A stretch of DNA of 53,088 bases, filler included, from Dimargaris cristalligena (Eukaryota), in assembly GCA_003614675.1 (NCBI GenBank). It is 3 parts of 3 records of this genome, joined end to end, with 100 filler letters (N's around TTAATTAATTAA, not from the genome) between each part and the next. Parts side by side here need not be neighbours in the genome. Positions count along the whole stretch, not along the records: positions 35,465 to 53,088 come from ML002795.1; 2 more parts are not named here. One strand, given 5' to 3'. Each line of letters opens with the position of its first letter. The stretch's first letter is position 1. Shown in pieces: positions 35,465-47,251 of this stretch. The notes under the pieces are model-generated. The model saw only the letters and a program-made list of their open reading frames with translations, had not been told where the DNA came from and searched no databases. The position numbers and the translations under genes were made by a program.

Positions 35465-37219
35465 TCAATACGGCTCTGTAGGAACAGTAGAGGCACTTAT
35501 AGGTAGTGGCTTTTCATCACAATTTTAGATTGCAATGTCTCAGCAATTTGGGGTTCTCATTAGTAATAAGGTTGGCATTCTCATGGCCTTTGCTGTTAAT
35601 TTAACAATCAAAGAGTTATCGTTAATCTAGCAGGGGGTAACTGTCACTATTCTTTTAGTGAGTTTACGGCACTACACTCGTAAGTGCTACAATATTAGCT
35701 GCTACCCCATCCCGCTCAATATTAACTTTTATGTTGTGGCCTACAAAACTCCATAAATACTTGGTAGCCAGTCGCAGATTTGGGAATAGATAAACAGACC
35801 CGAGTGGGCACATCGATCAGTTTTATATTCAAAGGCAGTACTTGTCGAAGCACGCCGGCCTTTAATAAATTCTTTCGCCGTTGTAAAAGTAAGCTCTCTT
35901 GGCAAATTGGTAAGGTAATGTGAAATCATCCCCAGATATCCAAGTATGGTCAATTTTGGCCCTAATTTTGGCACATTATAATTCTCATTGCAGTCTAGAC
36001 TCCCAAACTACCTCAAAGTTGGGTTTTTAATACAAGACGGTCAGATTTTTAAGCATATCCGCAAATCAAATATACACTGTTTTCTCATGTATCTTTTGTA
36101 TCTAATCGGATACCAGGGTTATAGTATTATGCTACTATCCCCCATAAGCGAACTTTTTTTTTTGCAGTCTTTAACTGGCCAAAATAGGTCGACGCTTATC
36201 CGATGTTCCGTGTAATTTGGGGACACTCCTCCCGCCCCAGAGTAATTTGCGTAAGCTTAAGGGCAGCACATTTACCCGGCAACAGTTGGCCTAGTGTATT
36301 TATGGTGCCCATTTCGTAGGGCCATCTTTCTCCCCTTTCTCATGCACCATCCTCCATTCCCAGTAGATTTCATTGGAGATTGACTTTCATCCATGGGTTT
36401 GCATTACATCGTACTACCATAAGAGAAGTATTGCAGAGAGCAATTCAGCCCGTAGTAAAACAACAGAGAGGTCGCTATCAAAGCAGATGCCTTGACCCAT
36501 AATATATTAAGGCAGTCAATGTAAGGATCCACTGTATCCCATGTAATACAATGGAATGTTCGCTCGCAGGGATGGTATAGCACTTAGATAGCTTGAAACC
36601 CAACACTGGTTATGAAGTAGGGTGGTTTCAATTATGAGGGAGATCATGTTAGATGGGTAAATTAGGACGCCACAAGAGTACAAGTAGTCTGACTTGTGTA
36701 CCTGGTATATGCGGCCGTGGTTTCGTGGCCCAGCCATCCGGTCGTTGACGATTGGGAGGAAGATATCGCTCAATATGCAACGGGACTTTCGTTGGCGGCG
36801 GAGAGATGATGGGTATCTTTATGGTGAGTAACCTATCGTAGTACGATAGCCATGCTGTACAATGTCTAGATGAAGGGCTGCCACTCATTAGACTATGGAT
36901 GAAACGCAATACTTTGTGTAGCCCCAACTACATGTATAATTATATAGGAAAATGGTGCATAGGGACCTTCTTAAATAGTAATTTACGTGTTATTTGAGAA
37001 ACGAAAACGCGAGTGTTATTTAGGATTGTTTAAGTTGGTCAGTGCCGTCAACCGAACGGGTGATGTTTTGTAAACCATAGAAATAGGCATGATATCGCCT
37101 CTATATTCAACAACATCCGCAATGTTTCGGGTATACCTCGCCTAGCTTCAATGCCGATACATTACTCATTCCATTGCATTTTCACCGCCAACTGGATTAT
37201 TTGACAATTGTGTTGTATT

Positions 37220-37229
37220 TATATATATA
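37220..37229 (+). promoter_or_regulatory. Candidate TATA element upstream of the signal-peptide zinc-finger gene
   Basis: TATATATATA about 80 bp before the ATG at 37310. Confidence 0.4.
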
Positions 37230-37309
37230 GCTACAGTTTTAGACAGCAATTCATATGTCTGCTGTGGTTTAGTTAAGCATTACATCACCGGTTGTCTATA
37301 ATCAGCAAA

Positions 37310-37981
37310 ATGCGTTTCATTGGAGCAGCCTGCTTTTTTTTCCTGGGCTCATTCACGGCCAGTCAAGCCTCCGAGCAGGATACCCAACTCACCAGTCTCA
37401 ACAACCTTCTCAATACCAACAGCCTCGATAGCAGCGTCGAGGAAGAAGTTGCGGATCTAGCCAATGATCCTTTTTTCCACACTTGGTCAACGGAGCAGCA
37501 GCTAGTGTATATCAGTCAACTAGACAGTAATGAGTTGGCCAGCTTCAATGCCCATCTCGAATACCTCACGAACAACGAGGACATCGATCAGCCCACCCAA
37601 GGACCCGGGTCTTTAGGTGTGAACCCCCCTGCCGCGGCCAGTGGTTCCGGTTGGGGAAGTGGCAGTCTCCCCTTTCCAGTGACCCAGTCCTCCTCCACCC
37701 AGGCGCCAATGTACTGGGACACCGACAACGTGCAACAACAACGGGTGCCCAAAAGCAACCGTGTAAATCGGGAGGCAAATTGTGAGGAGAAACCATTTGG
37801 TTGTCCGAAATGCCTTAAAGAATTCGTCCGGAAATATGATCTCAAAAGGCATATGCTGACCCACACTGGTGAAAAATCCTTCGTTTGTGAAGGGTGTGAT
37901 AAGTTATTTAGTCGTCGGGATGTCCTGAAATCCCATAAGAGAAAGAATTGTCTTGGACAAAGTGCCGAAGTCCACTCCTAG
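37310..37981 (+). CDS. Predicted secreted C2H2 zinc-finger protein (223 aa, intronless)
   Basis: ATG 37310 in AAAATG context. Signal-peptide-like MRFIGAACFFFLGSFTASQA|SEQ, then an acidic/aromatic segment. Fingers KPFGCPKCLKEFVRKYDLKRHMLTH-TGEKS-FVCEGCDKLFSRRDVLKSHKRKNC (second finger CCHC-type). Confidence 0.85.
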   Translation: MRFIGAACFFFLGSFTASQASEQDTQLTSLNNLLNTNSLDSSVEEEVADLANDPFFHTWSTEQQLVYISQLDSNELASFNAHLEYLTNNEDIDQPTQGPGSLGVNPPAAASGSGWGSGSLPFPVTQSSSTQAPMYWDTDNVQQQRVPKSNRVNREANCEEKPFGCPKCLKEFVRKYDLKRHMLTHTGEKSFVCEGCDKLFSRRDVLKSHKRKNCLGQSAEVHS

Positions 37982-39047
37982 AAATAAATGATTTCAGCCG
38001 CCGACGGGTTAATTCAGTTGAGTTCTGATCCGCCCTACTCACAGAGGCATTCTCGCCTACTGGCACTGGGGCAGTATTTTGGAACTGAGTTACACGGCGT
38101 AAAACTATAAATTCCCCCGACTTCTTCTCTTTTATAAAACTCTATTTGCTGATCCATTTTGACGAATAGAGGAGAAGACGACCTATGTCTTCATCGAAAG
38201 AGGACCTCGACCTCTAAACTTCAATCGTTTAACTATTTTACGAAAATAAAATCCAATTTATATGGGTCTACTTATCTTGGTGGATGAATGGCTATACCTT
38301 AGCAATTGTTAATAGTAAACATGGGAAAAGCATTGTTTCGGCCAGGGAAGGACTACAATTGCATTATAGAGTGGCGAACGCTCCATTGGGGAATCTATAT
38401 TTCCATGCGAATTCGGTTTACCGTTGGTCCTCTAATCGCCAACGCCAATTTCTCTTTTTGCAATATGCACCTTTCAATGGTCTTTCTCTTATGTCACAGC
38501 TGGTTAATAAGTTAGTGAAATCAGACAGGGACTAGAGTGAACAGAACGGGGTGTATAGTTGTATTCGGGGGTGTTAGTACAATTATAGGTTATAATCCAA
38601 CCGTCCTATTATGTCAGTACCAAATTGAGCATCAGCTACGCCCCTGTCCTCTGTGGGCCTATCTTCCCCGCCCTATATGCCCATCTTCCTAGGTATATGT
38701 AGGATATGATCAACCGGACAGTATAACACAAAATCCGTTGGATAAGGCACGCACTGCTAGTTTAAGTTGAATCATCCGCCTATTATCCCATAGACACACC
38801 ATGTAAAGCCTTATATAGTCGGGCCGAATTTCACACTTATTCAATTTGGTGGTGTATACATTTAATACAAATTATAGTCGCCATTACAACTAACTGCGGT
38901 TGGGTAGTGAAATCAATCACATTAACATACGGGGATAGGCAATTCAAAAAAAAAACACTGGCCGGTCTTGGCTTTGGTTAATATACAGGGCGTTCGACCA
39001 GCTCCTCCTTCGCCATTGAAAGTCGAAGATCGGTATACGGATAACAT

Positions 39048-40423
39048 CTAGTCGAACTCGCCCAGCATCATTATAATATCCTGAAGGGTTTTGTCTTCCG
39101 CCCAGTCAAGGCCACTTTCCAGAATAAGTCCCTGGTAAAAAAAACAAAGGGTAGTAAGTAGTTGTTGAACCGGGAGTTGTATTAGGCCATAAGTTCACGG
39201 CATTTTCCATCATTAAATCATTAGGCCAAGTAGGACATGGTGAGGCTAAAGATCACATGTCATTTCAAGTCGACTTGTCGAAGTTCGACTAGAAATAGTG
39301 ATAATAAGGGTATGAAAGAGTATATAAATAGCCTACCTGAAGAACGTTCCGGATGACTTCCAATTGGGAAGTAAGTTTAGAATGCTCCGAGTCTAGTCTA
39401 TAATACCAGTAGGATCGGGGGGGGGGGGGGATATGCATTAGTTAAATGGGGAATTAGTATCGTGGTCTCTTGTCCCTAGTTAGGCAATACAATATGCAAT
39501 CCAAAGATAAGGCGAGAGGGCATTTAATATTAGATACTTACTTTCGCAATTCACTGGCCGTGGTCCGACTGGGCGTGGCGCTCGATCGGCTAGACCCTTT
39601 AATGGATTGTACTTTGGCCATCAGCTCCCGGTTTTTGCTATGCTGGGCTATAAGCGACTGCTGGATGGCCTGACGCTCATCGTTAACGGCCGCCAAATCC
39701 TGCATCGCCACGGCCAGCTCCCGGGAAAGCTTGTCGCGTTGATGAAGGGTTTCCTGTAATTTACTATACTCCCGAAAACAGAAAAATAATAATCGCCCAA
39801 TAAAATGTAAGTCATTAATAAACCGATAAGGAGATTCCGTAAATTAGGTGTAGTGTAGTGATGTGTGGCGGCGAGCAGGGTCGGAATTGCCAACTGGGTG
39901 CTATGTTATGTTGGTATCAGCGATTATTCACCTCTGGGGAGGTGGCTGGCTGGTCGGTTTTATAAGGAACCATAGATTGAAAAATAGTGGAATAGGCAGT
40001 CGCTTACATATCCACGTAGCTGGTGTCCTTCGCTGACTTCGCGTTGGACTTCTGTACCTGATCGACTAATGCCAAATTAGAAAGGATGGCCAAACGAACC
40101 CCATTATGTGCGGCTTCTTGAAGCAATTCGGCCTTTAGGTCATCGATGGTGTTTAGTAATCCGTCTTCGGCCAAACTGGCCTGGCGCATGGCCGCGGCCG
40201 AAGTGGCGCTGGAGTTCTGCAGTTCAGCGGCTAGAGCGCGTTCCTCCTGCTGGCCTAGAGAGGCCCTTTGGTCCTGTTGGTTTAGGAAGTGGCTGTATTC
40301 GGAATGGGTGAGGGGTTGGTAGAAATGGGCCGGTTGGAGGGGCTGAATGCCAACCCGGGCCCGAAGTACGGTTTTTAGTAAATGAGTACTAAGTACTTGC
40401 AATTCCTGGAAGGTGGTGGTCAT
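39048..40423 (-). CDS. Kinetochore protein CENP-H/Fta3/Mcm16 family (260 aa; exons 40423-40008, 39763-39542, 39397-39337, 39131-39048)
   Basis: Phase-consistent GT-AG splicing gives a coiled coil (LQETLHQRDKLSREL...KNRELM) ending LEVIRNVLQGLILESGLDWAEDKTLQDIIMML, the CENP-H C-terminal signature. Confidence 0.85.
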
Positions 40424-40680
40424 GGTATAGGATTGAACAGTGAGAACGAAGAAATAGAAAAATAAAACAGCTTAGGTCGAATGAGCTATGGCAAGGAAAA
40501 TGGCAACACGTCAAAAGGCCGAAATAAATGTAGTGGGAAAGACAGGAATGTAATTGAAGGAACACAAAAGGATTGTAAAGTTGGAAGGGAAAATAGGGAG
40601 CGAACGAGCTGGGTGTGCTAAAAATTTATTGCAGTATGTGCCCCATAATACTTGCATTTCTCAAGGGCTTCCATTGCGTT

Positions 40681-40912
40681 TGGCACTGCTGGCCGAGCTA
40701 AGTTGGGTGGGTTATCATAAGGGCCTGGTTTCTTCCCAGGGCCTGTTCATTGTCCTCCCCATGTCCTTTCTCTCTCTATTTGTGGCTTTTGAGGGTTTTT
40801 AAGCCATTTATCCTTTAATATATTCCCTGTGGATGGCAAATTATGGCCAAAAGGTCGCCCGCCTTAGACTCACTTTAAATTAAACTCTACTTCATCTGGC
40901 ACTGCTGGCCGA
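40681..40912 (+). repeat. Exact 16-bp direct repeat TGGCACTGCTGGCCGA (40681-40696 and 40897-40912)
   Basis: Read directly; copies start 216 bp apart, upstream of the CENP-H gene. Confidence 0.8.
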
Positions 40913-41196
40913 TTCTCCTATTTTTGATCAACAGTGTCGCGTAGTTGAAGCGTTCATTACAACCTAGCAATACTTTAATATACGCCGCAATACCCTCGCT
41001 AACCTCAATTTACTGCACTCAAGCTGTGTTGCCAGCTTATAATTAACTAAATATGAAGAGATCTTGCTAGACAAGCACGGTGGTTTCAAATAAGCGAATA
41101 TTTATTTTCGAAATAATTAACCCACACCGCCCATGGTTTTTCGTTCAGAGGGAGGTTGGAAGAGGGTTAATATAATATAGATTGTATGAGAGGTAA

Positions 41197-43794
41197 CTAC
41201 GAAGTATCCATAGTCGAGGCGGACGAAACCTTTTCCGCCTAGTAAACATAGTTAACCAAGGGTTAGTTTGTGGGGGGGATATTAGGTGAAAAAAATATTA
41301 CCATTAGTGTGAAGATAGGGGCGATGGGCATGAGGCATTATATATAGTAGCCGATAGAGTTGGAGTTTAGTTAATAGTGTAGCCAAACTTACCTTGATAT
41401 GAATATCCGAGAGCCGGGGCAGCTCAATTTTACCCATGTTTTGATTAATGAGGGCCAGAATGTGAGAGTCGGCCGGGATGTTATGGTTTGAATGGACGTA
41501 GGACATGGTCTGAGGGGGAGTCAGGCACATTGGGCCCTCATGGGTGATGAGGACGGTGGTCTGGAACTGCGCCACGGTCTCGCGCTCTGTAATTTAAGTC
41601 GCAAATATCACCATTTATACAGTCGGAAATGACGCGGGATGGTTAATTCGCCATCATCATAGACTATCGAGAACCACACGGGAGGGAACGTGGTATAAAA
41701 AGTAGACCTATCAATAACGGCTCAATAAACTCAGGGTATAACACACGTACCTTTTCTTTCGACCAGCATGGGCAGTGAGTTGATAACACCGTGTCCGAGA
41801 CATTCGGTCAATCCAAGTTTTTGACGGAGATCCGAGATGTTTCTGGGAACGATACAAATAAAAATGGTGTCGTCAAACAATATAGTTGTGTCGAAGAAGT
41901 TAGCAAAGGGTGCGCACGGGTCGGGTAATATAGTATCGAATGAGGAATGGGATAATGTCTAATACTACAGATTGTTCTAGAGGTTGGGTAATATCAAAAG
42001 TAACTCGATGACAAAGTAAATCTAAGCACAGTCACCTACCTAACGGCAAAGGGGAACACGGGGTGGTTCTTCGAGATCGTTTCGAACAAGTCGGCGGCGG
42101 ACTTCATTTTAAAGTAGTAAGTCCTGTTGACGTCACGCTGACAGACGGTGGGTTTCATGCCCGAATCTCTGGCCTAATAGATTATCAATGGGATTGGAAA
42201 ATTTTTCTATTAGCCTTGGACAAGGTAAGGCCTCAAAAAACTCCGTTAAACAGAGGTGGATGTCATTATCTAACCAAAAGACTTCAGAAAGACTTAGAGG
42301 GTTACCGTAATAAAAACAAAAAACATAGCCTTACCTTGCCAGTTCCGGTACTCAAGCAGGTGTTCAGGACGAAGACATCGCCAATCTCAAATTCTAAGTC
42401 GGCTTTGCCTTCAGCGACATCGTACCGGTTGGGAATCGACTATAATATATAATAATAAATCGTGGTAATCCCAATAATAATTAGTACAAGTGGGCCATGC
42501 AAAGTGGTGGCAGTATGCATCGTTTAGTTATACTTGAGCTAAGCCAGTAAAGGCGTGAAGTTTAAAAATTCAATGGTTTACTTTTTGGCCGGAGAACACG
42601 TAGCGGTTGATGGCTTGCGAGTAAGTGGACTCTACGGGAGAGCATTGGAAGAACTCAGCAACTTCACGGGTGATGTTGGTAATTTCCTCGGCCTAGAGAT
42701 ACCGAAAGTGGTGATCGATCAAGTAAAGGATGAGAGAGAGAGAGGTTAACAGCTTGATATAATGGTCAATTTTACCGAGCTGGGCACAAAGAATTGCCAT
42801 GAGAGTATATGGCTAAGTCAGATGAACAAAGGTATAGGTAATAAAGCAACAATTACCTTTACACCGGCACGCATTTTCCGCAGGGTCGCTTCATGGGTAA
42901 TCTTGGCGGCACAAATAACATCAGCCCGGCGGTCTACAAGATGGTAGATTATAAAGGTATTGTATGAGTAAGCGATGAGGTGAGCATACTTCCTAAATAG
43001 AAAACGGTCCTTTTAATACCATTATAGTGCAGCTGCAGTAAGCGAATCTTTCCTCGGTAGCATAAGCGCAGCTCCCAATGAAATTAGCGGAAACTGGATA
43101 TAGGTCCAGTCCAATATACATTTAGGTGAAAAGGCGAAAACCTTCTGTAGGTACTTACCAGATACCGGCTCATTAGGATTCGCGCTCATGACAACGGTGT
43201 GGGCCTGGGAAGCCACGTAGCCATTGATATGGACGGCCAACTCGATCTTGACGACATCATTGACCTGGATCATCATGTCCATATCTGCCGACGCGGCCAC
43301 ATTCTGGATCCGGTGGTTAATGGCCACGGAGGTGGGGAAGGCGATGCCTTTATCCGCCTTTACACCGGGACTCACTCTCCGGCAAATGTCCTCGATCAGT
43401 TGGTCGCCAAAAATACAGAGGGTCGAGATTTTAGTGCCGGGCACGGTGCGCTCGATCACCTGGCGAAGCACCTCTATTGTAATTAGGCATCAAACACCCA
43501 AAAAAATACACAAAAAGGGACGTATTGGTTAGTAAGAATGGTCCAAAAATGGTGAACTAGAGCCGTAGGAGGTGTAGTGAACCAGGGCCCACCTGTACCC
43601 TCCCCCAATTTAGAATGTAAATGGAACTATACCAGCGAGCAGAAAACTCTACCAAGGGGTAACCGCAAATAAGGCCCGGGTATTGAACTGGACTGGGTCA
43701 GAAATTGGCCAGAAGACTAGTAAAGACGGCGGGTAGTACCTTGCACAATAGCAGCGGCTGCTTGGTAGTTTTGGATTGCGGCAAAGTAGACCAT
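41197..43794 (-). CDS. Ebp1/PA2G4/Cdb4/Arx1-like M24 (MetAP2-fold) protein, about 374 aa, 9 exons (43794-43740, 43473-43159, 42933-42857, 42692-42582, 42439-42335, 42173-42040, 41842-41751, 41586-41393, 41238-41197)
   Basis: All eight introns are GT-AG and phase-consistent. Motifs LCIFGDQLIE, KGIAFPTSVAIN, DVVKIELAVHINGY, RRADVICAA, LSTGTGK, FKMKSA, FPFAVR, LGLTECL, VAQFQTTVLI. The start codon is less certain. Confidence 0.88.
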
Positions 43795-44541
43795 TGTGAA
43801 ATGCGTAAGCTGAAACGATGTAACGGTGCAAATAGTACTGTAATGGACAAAGAAAAGTACGTTGGACTGAGAAAGAGCTAAGGAATCAATGTGCCACACT
43901 AGCTAGAAAATATGGTGAATTCGGGCGTGAAAAACTTAGCAATTCTCCAGTCGAGTGAGATAGCTGCTCGTTTTTTCTCCCGTTTGTAGGCAAAAGTATT
44001 GAGTGCAAATTTAGGTATCTGATTTGAGCCTGGCTCGCTTTTCATCCTGCTAGCATATATCACCACATCCAAGTCAAGTCACCTGACTCTTTGCCCAGGT
44101 GGTTGTACATTCCAAGAATTAGGTGGCCCATAATGGTGGCAGTCTTGGTTGATAAACTAATAGCACATGCCCGTTCTCATTGACAATACTATATAGGAAA
44201 CCAATTTAAAAATATTCAGCATATTCCCCTAATCGGGTTTACGCAATACCTGCCAGTCAGTCGGACTTGACAAGTTAAATATAAGTAAATTACCTATATA
44301 ATACTGTCCCATCCATCTAATGCATAGCTGAATATAGCTACGCGACCCAATATAATGTTCTATCGTGAGGCTATCACAGGGTCTGTTACTATTTTAAGAG
44401 TGGCCTGTCCGGAGGAAATACGTTAACCGGTACACCAGGCAAATACCCGTGAAAGCAGTATGAGTAGAACCCTACACCAGAATTTCGGTGAAAATCCAAC
44501 CCTGATACTCTATCAAAACCGTATACTAAAAGTGGGTATTA

Positions 44542-45426
44542 TTATCCGGACCATATCTCACATAATCCAACACAACCGACGTTCTGGAATCCAGATCTGG
44601 TATAAAGACGCTGTGCATTGGTCAGCGTAGTTTCAATGTAAACTGCCTCGGGATGAGAAACTACATGACAAATGTGGTTAATTAGGGCGCCACCAACACC
44701 CCGTCGCTGGTGGGTCGGGCGAACTGCAATACTCTGGACCAAATAAAGGGGAGCTGTGTTCTCCAGGCCATCCACTGAATTGGGGTAGGAAGGGGGCACG
44801 TTAAAGAGAACTGCAATACCAACGATTAGTTGGTCTTCTTCAGCAGGTATACGAGCAATGTAAAGTGTAAATTCACCAGGTCTTTCCAGCTAGGCGGTGA
44901 GTTTAGGCTGGATCCAGGTCGTGTCCCCCATCCGGCCATACCCAAAAGCCTGGGCAAACGCGTCTGCGCAAGAGGACATGTCATCCAGTTTAGCAGTTGC
45001 AATCGAAACCTCTGACGCTGGGGCAATGTAGGGTGGATTTTCGGTTGGCGATGGCACCCGTTGCAATATAGCGAGGTCTTCACGAACATACTGGCTAAAC
45101 CCTCCTTCCACTGCTGCTTTAAAGACCCGCTCGTCAGGGTCCAATGGAGCGTATATCACCAACCGGGGTATTGCGCCGTAGGCATGATAATAACCCGCCA
45201 CCCGGTTCAACAAACTGCCCAAAAATGGCGAACTGTGGCCAGTCAGTTGGGACGACGACGACGACTTCGTGGTAACGTGTGCCTGGTTGCTTTGGTGGTG
45301 GGTGGGATTGGAAGGGTTCCCGAAAAGGACCCCCCAGTCGGTCACTAGGCGCTCCGAACTGAGACTACCACAGTAGGCCAGAGTCCACCGCAGAAACGCG
45401 GCCAGGAGCGAGTCGGACAAAGCCAT
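44542..45426 (-). pseudogene. GNAT-family N-acetyltransferase interrupted by a single in-frame TAG (44892-44890)
   Basis: ORFs 45426-44890 and 44799-44542 are in the same frame and joined by 30 open codons (KLTA*LERPGEFTLYIAR). The C-terminal half has motif A VQSIAVRPTHQRRGVGGAL and NAQRLYTRSGF. Confidence 0.8.
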
Positions 45427-45713
45427 ATACGCGAATGAGGTATGTCTTGAAGGGGAATGTCAATACACTTAGAAACGGTAAAAGGTGAAACGGTGGAAGT
45501 GCAGGTAAGGGACACACATGTAGAAGGCACGCAATACCTTCCACCTGTTCCCATGGTTGGTCACTCTGACGAGCCCTAGCCCACTTTCCCATTGGGTCGC
45601 AAGCTACCTGTAAGTGAATCGGGTTATAATATTCGTCCCATTTTAACAGGCCTAGACTTAGCCTTAGCAGACTTACGTATCCATTTGACCCACTTTTAAG
45701 ACATACCCTTGGC

Positions 45714-47251
45714 ATGGCCACTCCGTCAATCTCCAATGTACTCACCGGGTTCATGGGTAAGGCTGCCTTACCCAAGAGCGACTCCGCCCCAGCCGCGATG
45801 ACCTCCATTCAACCCCAACCAGGCTTCGCCTTTACGACCACCAACCAACACGAAGTAATACTTCCCCCTACCGTTACCTCCGCTCGGACGATCGCCGGAA
45901 GCTCAGGGGCGGATATTTATGAACCAGGTCGCGCCCAAGTCAAATTTGCCAAGGGTCTACCGGTATGGGTTAATGTATGTGCCTCGGACGCCCTGCCCCC
46001 TCCACCCACCAACTCCGAATCGGAAATCCAAAAGGCTCTCCGGGCGGACTCTACGACGGTTTACCAAATCCCCCTCTTCCTGGGCCCACCGGTGGAAACT
46101 ACTGACGAGCAAGGTAAGTTCATTTATATTTGATGTATACTACCTAGCTTTTAGATTTATTAATACACCTCTTATCAGGGTTATGGGCGATGCCCAAGAC
46201 TGTAGGCTCTAAAAAATCCCTCTAATCGACTTTGGATGTATTTAACCCTCCGTGGCATTTACATTCCTGCTATCAACTGAACACTTTACATATCAACCAC
46301 TAACGTTGGGATTGGTTCATCATTACCTCTTCAGACAAGCGCCCAATTGTAATTTTGGATGCCATTATCCACCCCAATCCGCTAGCGCGATCAATGCATG
46401 ACTTTGATTTCCGACTCTACCTTATCGAACTATGTATCGAATGGGTTGAGGACCGCACCCAAATGCAACTGAGCCGAGGCAAGTTAGATACCAGTCTCGC
46501 GCTTCCGGAATATTTCTGAAGTGCCTATTATTCAAGCCATTAGTGTGGCGGGATGAATGTCGGTCCTATCCATTTTCGAATGCACCACAGTGACCCGGGC
46601 TTATGAGTAGGTTTATAATATATATATTGTGCGTAGCTAACAATACTTTCGTACATTTGCATTTACTGTTACTTCACTGTCGCACTTTGTTGTAATACCC
46701 TAAATCCAGAATTTTCCCTGGCGCCATTCCCCTACAAGGGTCAGTTGACCACCCACTCCATTCGCCTACCTAACCGCCGCCTAGTTGAAGAGTTAGCTGC
46801 TCAACCACCCGCACCATCTGGGCCCAAGTCCAAACGGGTACCACCTAGTGCACTCTCAACCACCCAACAGGGCGACTCCATCACTGTATCCCTGTCCCTC
46901 AAAGCTTACAGGGTGAGTGAAATAGATTCATTGTGATTAGAAATATCTGTATGACTACTTATCTAGAGGAATCTAACATACTATTGAAAACTCGGAGTAG
47001 TGGAAACTAACCTGGAATGACTGTTCACTATGCTATGCTCTCTGGTAAACTGAATTATGAATTCCTTCCATTAGGTACCCCCTTCGCAAATTAGAGTACA
47101 TATAGACCAAGATCAGATTGTCCTCCAGCTCAGCCCTGACACCATATTGACATTTCCCCATCCCAAACCACTATACACCCACTCCCGAGTATTTTTTGTG
47201 AAGGAAACCAGTGATCTCAAAATGATGGTTAGCCCCCGATCTCTGTTTTAA
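45714..47251 (+). CDS. PIH1: PIH1-domain protein (R2TP/pre-RNA-processing family; 307 aa; exons 45714-46113, 46335-46478, 46710-46912, 47075-47251)
   Basis: IQPQPGFAF, VWVNVCAS, YQIPLFLGPP, ILDAIIHP, LIELCIEWVE, FPYKG and a CS-like C-terminus. Intron 2 is GC-AG. PIH1D1 versus another PIH1 paralog is not resolved. Confidence 0.8.

Noticed and set aside
44890-44892. TAG codon reassignment as explanation of the GNAT stop
   Set aside because: MSS1, RAD3, CENP-H and the Ebp1-like gene end at TAG, MSS1 exactly after its conserved FCIGK.
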